The notes beneath the pieces were generated by a model. It saw only the letters and a program-made list of their open reading frames with translations, ran no database searches and was not told where the DNA came from. This document shows, one piece after another, positions 53,060 through 64,000 of a stretch of 64,000 nucleotides of DNA. The DNA comes from the human T2T-CHM13v2.0 reference genome, Homo sapiens, in NCBI RefSeq assembly GCF_009914755.1, contig NC_060930.1. One strand, given 5' to 3'. The stretch's first letter is position 1. Each line of letters starts with the position of its first letter. A program made the translations under genes and the position numbers.

Positions 53060-54399
53060 TTTGGACAAATCCACCATGTGGGCTGATCAAAATTTTCTCT
53101 TTGTGTCAAATAATAATGACAACAACAAAAACCCCACAAAACCCCAGTGCTTTCAACTCTTATTTCCTTAATTAGAAACAGTCAAAGACACTGATTTCAA
53201 GTTGCAAGGAGCACAGCCAGATTTATTTACATACTTGATTTCATGTTTATTTTTCTTGTAACCTGAGGCTGAATGGTAGAAGTAAACATTCTCAGATCAA
53301 AATGGATCAAGTTGGGTCTACATTTTGAACATCAGATATTTGAATACATTCCATATCTGTATCAAGAGATCGTTTATTTTTGCCATCTCCTCATTGCTTA
53401 GAAATAGGACTTACGACGAAAGACTCAAGCATCTTTACATTTGTAGGACCACAGTACCATGAGAGGAGATTCAACTCTTGGCTTCACTATTCTCATTTTG
53501 GTTTATTTCATTTACAGTTTATTCACCCACTACACCATGCATCTTTTACTCCCCCTCTGGGAAGAAGTAGAAAACTGCATCAGTTTCTAGGACATTCCAT
53601 ATCAAAGAGACACAATGAAAACTGGCAGCAAGTGGCACTGCCATTGAGTGACTTCTCCCTCAACCATCTCTGCTGTGTGGTGCAATTTAAGGTGGATGAA
53701 TGGCATACTCTGGGCTCCAGGCCAGCTAACTGGCCCTGGGGGAAATCATTCACACCCACGCTGATGCACACACCCTTTAAACTCTCTTTCCTGCCCTGCA
53801 GCCCCCCAGATGAAATCCTTATACTCCAGGAAGCAGCAGGTCCTTTCATTGCTGTCTCTGGGCTACAGGAATCAAAGAGCAAAATGAATGTTTTCCTCTG
53901 AGAACTGGCACTGAATAGAAGGAAGGAAATGCCTACTCCAATTCAAGCATGTTTTAATCTCTGGAGAAGTGGGTACTGGGGAGGGGCAATATTGGCTGAG
54001 GAATCAGTGGGAAAGTCATAAATTTTGTCTCTTATCCCAGCAACTAAAATTCTTCCTTTAGAGTGCCACCCACTCTTTTTTTTTTCTCCTAAAAGGATTT
54101 GGATAATGAACAATCACTTTCTAAATTCTCAAGTTCAAAAATCTCTCAGTGGAGGAAGAAAAGGGAGTTTTTGAGTAAATCTCCAAAGGCTAGATGAATC
54201 ATTGAAAAACATGCTCAGAAATTTCAAGATTCACACACACCTCATGAATATACCATCTGAATCTAATCTGAAGAATCTGGCACTAAAACAAATCAACAGT
54301 TCCTTACCTCTTCCTCTCTTTGACACTTTTAATATCTAACAAGGCCAACTCATTTAATTTTTTTAAAAACAATTATCTCTCATTCAAAGATACAGATGA

Positions 54400-54800
54400 A
54401 TAGTAAAACACCAGTGTGATCGACTTCTCAAAAGTCTGACCCACAGTCAGACAAAAACAGATTGGTGGTGGTGTGGGGGGAGGGGATTCTACATGTCAAG
54501 TGACATGGACTCATCACAATGTCAGTGTCCCGGAAACCTTAAAAAAAAAAAAAAGTGGTGCTTGTGGTGGCTGTTCTAAAGTAAATGAGATTTAAGGGAC
54601 ATGACAAGCAAATAGAATGTAGAAACTTGGAGCTTAATTCTTAATTGTGATAGTGTGATTATAAAGGAGAATGCCTTTTTTCTTAGGTGCTACATGCTGA
54701 AGTATTTAAAGACAAAATGTCTTGACATGTCCAGCTTATTTTTAAAAGTTATCATCAATGAGAGACAGAGAATGACAGAAAGAAAAGGAGGCAAATGTTA
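54400..54800 (+). mobile_element. Old L1MC/ME 3'UTR fragment
   Basis: gagatttaagggacatgacaagcaaa...atgctgaagtatttaaag. Confidence 0.5.
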
Positions 54801-56726
54801 AACAAACAAACAAATTCTGGGCTAAATATTGATTTGGAGCTCGCACTGGAAAATTCCCTGTTGCTTGTTCAAGTCCAGGCAAGTCTATGAGTTCGCCAAT
54901 TGGCTTCAGGGTATAAATTGGACTATTCTGACACGTTCTAAAGATCTATCGTTAGCCTGGCTTCCATTCAAGTTTTAGCTAACAGGAAGCACTTGATTCT
55001 CTGAAGAGGTGTGTCAGAGCAGAATTACTTACAGATGTTCCTTACAGACATATTCCAAATTTGTTTCTCTCAATTAATTTTTCAATCAATTTCTACACCC
55101 ACTTCATTAGATTTTACATTTAATTTGCAAGTAAAATGGCATTTGCATTTTCTTGAGTAACTGTGTCCCTTCTATTCCCTCCCATCCCCATTTCTAGAAT
55201 CTCAATTATGTTATGATACGTCCCACAATAATTGCATTATAAAATGTCATGAACCATGATTATAGGGAGGCTATTCAGAACAAATTCCCTCACTATCTAT
55301 TCACACTAAAGCCTTGATTCATAAATTTGAAAAAAAAGTTCCATGGTTATATGAGCCAGTGGAGAATCTTTGTGTTTTAATAGGTCAGATTGCCCAGGGT
55401 ATTGGACCTGCTCATATATGGGAGTTTTTGAACATGATTTTAAAGTAAGTCTTTGGAGCCTCTTTTAACAATATCAAAAGTAGTTTGAAGGAAATTTACT
55501 TTTTTTTAAAAAAGAATCCTCATTGCAAATTTGACCATTTTATTCTTTTGTTGGGTCACCATTTTTGAACATCTGGCAGTCAGCACATGGGTGCAAAAGG
55601 CTCATCTTCAGCAGTTCCTTGGCAAGATCAGTAACCTAAAAATTCGGCCCTAATTCTTTGATATCTTTGAAAGACTAACCTCTCTGTCCATTGCTTACTC
55701 TTTCGTTCCACTTGTACTTGAAGTTTCATTTTTTTTTTCTCAAAAGCATTCTGTAATTGAAGTCATTCCAATGGAAATTTTAGTGATGCTATGCTGGGCA
55801 TTGTGCGGGGCAATGCAGGCGAGACATGGAGGAGTAGAATGTGGCCTCCTGGTTTGTAAGGAGAATGTGACCCAGCAGGAAATAGAAGACACATGTGCTA
55901 ATTACTCTTATGTAGTGTATGGAATATTCCACATGGGAGTTGTAAACAAAGGATTCCTTACCCATGACTCCAGCACAATTAGAGGCTCTTTCCTCATGAT
56001 TCAAGTGTCCATCTTCCTCATCCCCCAACATCCGGAGTCAGGCAACTACCTACTCTATTAGGGTTAGTTGGGTTACCAGTCTAGAGTGAATTTCTTGAGT
56101 CAAAGTCAGTGATATTCATTTTATACCTTTAGCACCCATCAGTGTTTTTGGTATATAGGAAGGCCTTGAAAATTATTGTAGCACAGAATGGGTGGCTGGC
56201 AGGATGATGAATGGTTATCCCAAAAGCTGACATCTCTAAATACTTCCATAATTAGACTGATACAAGCTTCAGGGTTTGGAGACCTTTGGTTTCAATCTCT
56301 TACCGATATTGCTTTATGAACCCAGGGATGAAATCACCATGGTGAGAAAAATGACAAGGAATTAGATTCTCTCATGTATATATCTGCTATTTTTTCTTTT
56401 GTAACAAACTGAAAAAATACAAGAGCATATCTTCATCTCTACTACCATGATCTTAGAAATTAGCTTCTGTACCTCCACTCACTACTTGCTCAATCTCTGG
56501 CCCAGTTTTATCATTTTATCACCAATTCCCTCTGGGACCAACTGTATCCTAGGTCAATAATTCAATTCTGGGACAACAGAGCTCCTTGCTCATCTCTGCA
56601 GGTTAGTGAGAAGATTGTAACACAGTCACTCATTAGTAAGTAGAAATAAAGTCTAGGTTTAATGGACACACTACTTCCAGTGATAAAAAGTAATCCTTGA
56701 AATATTTTTAAAGTATAAAGAGCTTT

Positions 56727-57040
56727 GGCTAGGAGTGGTGGCTCACGCCTGTAATCCCAGCACTTTGGGAGGCTGAGGCGGGTGGATCACTAGGTCAGGA
56801 GTTCGAGGCCAGCCTGACCAACATGGTGAAACCCTATCTCTACCAAAAATACAAATATTAGCCAGGTGTGGTGGCGTGTGCCTGTAATCCCAGTTACTCA
56901 GGAAGCTGAGGCAGGATAATCACTTGAACCCAGGAGGCAGAGGTTTCAGTGAGCTGAGATTGTGCCACTGCACTCCAGCCTGGGCGACAGAGTGAGTTTC
57001 TGTCTCAAACAAACAAACAAACAAACAAAAAAACAAAGAA
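56727..57040 (+). mobile_element. AluS, full length
   Basis: Alu body with (AAAC)n tail; TSD tataaaga(g/t)cttt at 56714 and 57144 encloses the following microsatellite. Confidence 0.96.
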
Positions 57041-57045
57041 ACCCT

Positions 57046-57054
57046 AAATATATA

Positions 57055-57085
<31 letters not shown>

Positions 57086-57146
57086 TATATATACACATAT
57101 ATACACATACACACACACACACATATATATATACACACATATATAT
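57046..57146. repeat. (TA)n(CA)n microsatellite born in the Alu tail
   Basis: Lies between the Alu tail and its 3' TSD copy. Confidence 0.93.
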
Positions 57147-57419
57147 AAAGATCTTTGAGTCCGTCTGATTACTTCCACAGGATGGGAAAGGGTTAACTCA
57201 CTTTCAAACCACTTGGATTAATAGTAACATTATTTGTATAATATAAAGCCAGCTTCAAATAAATATCAAGAGGTTAATTCTATTAAATAACTTCTAAATT
57301 TTGTTACTCAGTACAATCAGTAAATGGTAAATGAAGCAAGGAAAAATACTTTTTCTTGAGTAAATGTTAAGCAAATGGTGGTATACATATAAACCCCACT
57401 GGTGACTTCTGCCTCTTTT

Positions 57420-57620
57420 TAGTATTATCATTGTGATGATTTGAGTTGTGACTACATGCCAGAATGATAAGTGCTTTACAAATATTATCTCTAATCCTCA
57501 CAGTACTATAAATTAGGCTCTATTTTCCCTAATTCACAGATGAGAAAACTAAGTTTCAGAGGTTAAATAACTTGTCTTGGATCACGCATCTAGGAAAAGC
57601 CTCCTGGAAACCAAATTTCA
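57420..57620 (-). mobile_element. MIR
   Basis: aagtgctttacaaatattatctctaatcctcaca...cacagatgagaaaactaagtttcagaggttaaataacttg. Confidence 0.8.
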
Positions 57621-57996
57621 CTATATGAGTTAATAAAATTCATGTCTGACGTTGACCTAATCAAGGAATCTAGTGGTAGTACATGCTTGACAAGTGATAG
57701 AGTAGGTTCCATGTAACACCAGAAAGTAGATGAGGTCTGACTTCAGCACTTTCAGCCTTTTGATAATGTTCAGTATAGGACTGGGCCACCATTCTTTTCC
57801 TCTTTCCTCCACAAGTCTTGTCTTAATGAAAATCACAATAACAGAGCTATATACCTCAGTGAACTTGTTTTGTTATTTCTCTTAGGGAGATCAGAAGTTT
57901 TAGCCTCCGTCTAATTGTTAATAAAATGTTTTAACTGTGTTATGAGGATTTCAGGTGTAAGTTAGTAAGAGACAGGTATATTTTGAAGGGCCTTCC

Positions 57997-58048
57997 TTTT
58001 GCACATGAAATTCACAAAGATACAAATTTGTGAATTTCATGTGCAAAA
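57997..58048. repeat. Perfect 22-bp inverted repeat with 8-nt spacer
   Basis: ttttgcacatgaaattcacaaa-gatacaaa-tttgtgaatttcatgtgcaaaa. Confidence 0.98.
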
Positions 58049-58084
58049 TTGGCTGCATAGTCATCTGTGTATTAGTTATTCTGT

Positions 58085-59000
58085 AGATAATCATTCATTG
58101 AAGATATATTTATTGAGTACCTTCAGTATGTCAAGCCCTATTCTAGTTGCAAGATAGACTACATAATTTGCAGGTCTCAGTTCTAAATTAAAATATGGAG
58201 TTCCTTGTTCCAAAATTAAGAATTTTAAGACGGCGACAGCAGAGCATTAAACAAGGCATACAGCCCTTCTAAGCTCTTCTATGTAACTGTGTAGCTCACA
58301 CATCCACGAAGCTGACCCTGGCTGGGTGCTCAGGATATAACGGTGAGTAGAAACTGTTTATCCCCTCATGTAATTCATAGTCTATTAAGGGAGACAGATT
58401 GTAAACCAATGATCACATTAAACAATTTGATTATTTGATAAAAATAAAAACACACTAGTAATTATATACCAAAATAATTACCCCAAAGGGAAAGAGTGAA
58501 GTTCCAGAAGACAGTTTGTCAAAGAAAGATATCTAGGTTTATGCTCAGAGAAAGCTTTCAGGAGAAGTAATGTTTAAAGGCTAGGGAGAAATAAACTAGA
58601 TGATGAGGGGAGGGAGGTGACCTCCAGGACAAGAGAGTATTTTATCAGAACACGCTCAGGTACTGTGGGGCAGGGTGTAGCATGTCATAGAACTGAAGGA
58701 AGGATTGTGTATGGCGAATAAAGGGGGAGTGTGGTGGGAGCCCAGATCAAAGAGATAGACACACCCAGACACTGAGCAAAACCTGGCCTTGTAGGCTTGT
58801 GTAAGGATTTCAGTCTTTATCTCAGGGACAATGGGGATCCACTAAAGAGTTTTAACCAGGGGGCTCAGAGTAAAGGGTCTGAGGCTGAAAGGGGTACAGA
58901 GTGGATACAGAGCCACCATTTAGGAGGCTGCTGTGGCAGTTAGGCTAGAGATAATATTGGCTTAGCCTGGGATAATGGCCAAGGTGGTGGGAGATGTGGG
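58085..59000 (-). mobile_element. L2 3' part, interrupted by MER45-like element
   Basis: atatttattgagtaccttcagtatgtcaagcc...gtaaggatttcagtctttatctcagggacaatgggg. Confidence 0.7.
58152..58320 (-). mobile_element. MER45A-like hAT-Tip100 MITE
   Basis: acataatttgcagg...ccttgttccaaaattaagaattttaagacggcgacagcagagcattaaac...gaagctgaccctg. Confidence 0.75.
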
Positions 59001-61849
59001 GAGTTCTTTGGGCAGGCACATACAGAAAGGAAGGAAAAACAGAAGACTTGGAGAATTTCTGGATGAACTTGTATAAGCATGATGCTAGCAGAGGAAGTTT
59101 AAAATGAGAGCCCAAATCACATTTTGCTTGGCCTTGCCCATCCTAGAAACTAATTAGAAAAATGAGATAAATAAATATTTTGAAGTATGAGAAAGAGCAA
59201 AACACTTTCCTCTTCTACAAACCCATCTCACTTTGAAGAGGAGAAAAATCAGTGATTTTGTTTAGTCCCTTGAGTAATGAGAGCTGTGGGTGGTCACAGT
59301 TAGAGGTCTGAAGCCTCCTCTAACTCTACAGGAGCTGGATTGTACTAAAATGTCAGATCAGTCTGGAGGGGAAATGAATCAGAACAGCTGAAATGCAGAA
59401 TTTTTGCTGTGTTCTCCCTTACCTAAGGGACAGCCATGGCTTTGCAACCGTTAACTTTCCTTGAAAAGGAATTCAGACTGCCTCTGAAAGATCTGCAGAG
59501 CTGTGAAGGCTGAAAAGCAAGTTATTCTTGCAAAGGTCTTTAAGTAAAACTGGCTGCTAAAAAACAACAACAACAAAACTATTCTTCCCTTGACATAGTC
59601 AACTTAAAAAAATTGTAATGGAGCCTTCTTAGCTTTTAAATTGAGGAACAAGTGGGTAAGAACAAACCAGAATCAAATAGTAAAGCAGGAGTTCCTTCTT
59701 CCTTTTCTTTCAATGCCCTTGCTTTCTCCCCACTATGCTGCCACAACTCCTACATCTTTTTAGATGCTTTTGTTTTCCAGGGACTGAATTCTCACTTCCC
59801 TGCTCAAGGGATCATCTCAACTTGTTATTCTCCTTAGAGTAATTTTTACAAGAACATGTTTATCATATTAGGAACAAATGTGTTTGGAACTGGGGTGTTT
59901 TAAACTCTCTGTTAATGCACAATGCTTTTCGGCAGCTGGCTAACTCCTAGCAAACTTGGCCTTACAAGAGGTCACCAGAATTAGGTACTAGGACTATGTA
60001 CCAACCATGTACTAGGCACAGCTTATAAATACCTATTAAAGTGAAACCCACCCAGTATTCAGTTAGCAGTATGGGTGATTTGGTGAATTAAATCCATAAT
60101 GAAATCCTATCAAAATCTCTCCCTCCCCACTGATCTATCAGAATTGCTAAAGAGCTCAGCTAACAAGCCTGTGTGCGACAGTTCAGTGTTATGCACAATC
60201 TGCTTTCTTTGGTCTTACTGTTGCAGAGAAATGGCAGGAAGTTAGGTATAAGGATTAAAAATAGGAGCATATAGACCAAATGTAGGCTGTTGACCTTTAA
60301 AAAAACTGATGCCTAGTTACACTAGAAGAATGTTATACAAGTATTTCTTTTATAATTGAAACATCTGCATGAATGCTTTCTTTTCTTCCACATATACATA
60401 ATTTAGACATCTTAATTACAGTTGTATGCTTTGGGGTTTGATTGTAAAAAAACCAGGATGTCTTTTTGTCTGTTCTCCCTGATGTCAAAAAATTGATTAC
60501 AAATTTTATAAACTGGTTTTTCTCAGTGAGGAAATTTCTTGTCTAATTTTAGCACCCCCCAACCATTCCTAAAACCATCGTCCCATGGATCTCCATGAAT
60601 CGAACTGCATACGTGCACATCTCTCATTTGCATCTTTTCCTGATATTCATAAAACCTCCCACAAGTGAAAGGAAGGAAAGTGATACTCATGGATTGGTTT
60701 CCTGCCCACCATCAAGGCCTGGGATCATAAATAAAGTCTGGGGCTCCACTTGCTGCAGAGACACAGTAGATGGCAGTGTGCAACACAGAAGTGTGAGATT
60801 CCCGACCGTCTCAGCCTTGGATGGGCAACTGACTGGGAGGAGGTTGAATCTCTGGGCACGGATGCTGTTTTTCCAGCCTAGTCAGAGAGAGAGGTTGTCT
60901 TCCTAGGAAATGCTTTTTCTGCATAAACTTGGTTTTGCTGATTCAGTCAACTGCAGTTATTTGGGCTACTTTGGCACCAAAGAATGTTAAGCTTCTTTAA
61001 GCCTGAAAAATGTCTGTACTTCAAAACTCTACTTAAATGCATAAAATAATCTTTCACTTATATGATATGCTTCACTTGTCACTTATATGAACCTCCTTGT
61101 GCTTCATATTTTATTAATTTTATTAAAACAAGATCACTATGGATAACCTACAGATAAGCACTCTGGACATTTCATAAGCACATGTTGGATACACCAGGAC
61201 TTGGTGGTTTGACTTTTCAGCATCGTAGGTGGACTAATATGAGTACCCCCATATACTCTCAAAGACCATATTTAATTAGGTGACTGTGTTGGATATTTTA
61301 AATCATTTTTATATTTCTGCATTATATGTTCCCCAAAATTTAGTAGTAATTCCTCAATAGACTTAAAGTATATTTAAACTTTTTTTTATTATAGAAGGTA
61401 CAGGCGACTGGGGTCATTTTGCTGAATATTAAAATTACTTTCTTAATATAATTACTTTCTTATTATAAGCAAATAAATCATTTCTAGTATGATACTTATT
61501 ATTAAACATTAGCAAAGGAGACCTTACTCAGCACCAGTAACAGATATTTTTAAAAAGAGAATTTCCCGAGAGGAAGAGGTCTCAGAGGAAAGGAGATATG
61601 TCGTATACAAATCATGTACAGCACTTAATTACCTTGAGATTTATTCATTTCAATAGACACACACCCACACACATTTTCTCAAGCCTTCCCTCCTGGCTGG
61701 ATTTGTGTCTTAGGATTAGGGGCTTTGCTCTGATCTCTGTTTTACAGTGTTTGGCCTGTGTAGACTTTCCTACTTGGACTAATGTGCTCAATTGTATTTA
61801 TCTTTCCAGACCTCTTGTTCATTTAGATTTCAGAGTTCTGTCCAATTCC

Positions 61850-63270
<1,421 letters not shown>

Positions 63271-63482
63271 ACCCCAAATATTGTAGGGACATGGGATACA
63301 GGGGTATAGTAGTGTATTATTTGTGGTAAGAATACATGAAGAAATAAACTCATTGCAAATTATCAATGCATAATACTTGTTGGTCACTTCCCGTAGGACG
63401 GTTATGGTAATGGGTAATTGGAATTGTGTTAGGGTGGGAGGAAGGCTTGTTTAGAAAAGTAAAGCTATAGCAATTATCTTGA

Positions 63483-63841
<359 letters not shown>

Positions 63842-64000
63842 GGTCTTTGATGATTTTAAGAAATAAACGTAACTTGTATGGAGGTTCTGGAAAGAGAATG
63901 TCTGAAACAAGTCAAAATACATTCTCCTTTTATATATATATGTAGATGTGATTAAAAAGGTATATATGTAAGCAGCAGTCCACTGCAACATACTATAGAC

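Noticed and set aside
53380-53901. 173-aa ORF
   Set aside because: TTG start, no recognisable domain, composition like random non-coding sequence.
54848-54917. kB-like GGAAAATTCCC, palindromic GCCAATTGGC and TATAAA as a core promoter
   Set aside because: CCAAT-to-TATA spacing of about 10 bp is atypical, the kB site is off-consensus, and no downstream exon support was found.
57600-57800. Possible L3/CR1 reverse-transcriptase remnant
   Set aside because: Resemblance too degenerate to support by eye; needs a Dfam HMM search.
59423-59509. Minus-strand exon candidate (cttttcag| ... TAG|GTAAGG)
   Set aside because: Short pyrimidine tract and no clear branch point; such pairs are common by chance.

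Overview
Primate (human-like) genomic DNA, AT-rich and dominated by transposable elements: Alu J/S/Y, L1, L2, MIR, MaLR/ERV1/ERVL/ERVK solo LTRs, and hAT and Tc1/mariner MITEs. I see no intact protein-coding gene, tRNA/rRNA, CpG island or CRISPR. The only recognisable cellular-gene sequence is an intronless PINX1 retrocopy on the minus strand (48929-50295), with both UTRs, a poly(A) remnant and a target-site duplication (TSD). Its reading frame is broken by three single-base indels but contains no nonsense codon. A full-length MER11 (ERVK/HML-8) solo LTR lies about 1.7 kb upstream in the same orientation. A minus-strand exon with a complete set of splice signals sits at 39919-39994. Together these make an LTR-driven minus-strand transcription unit, or a recently dead retrogene, the best lead; transcription is not shown by the sequence. 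Other oddities are a perfect 22-bp inverted repeat (57997-58048), a probable gene-conversion tract shared by two neighbouring AluY copies, a MADE1 hairpin and several motif clusters. Repeat subfamily names and PINX1 comparisons come from remembered sequences and need RepeatMasker/Dfam or alignment confirmation. Boundaries of old repeats are approximate.
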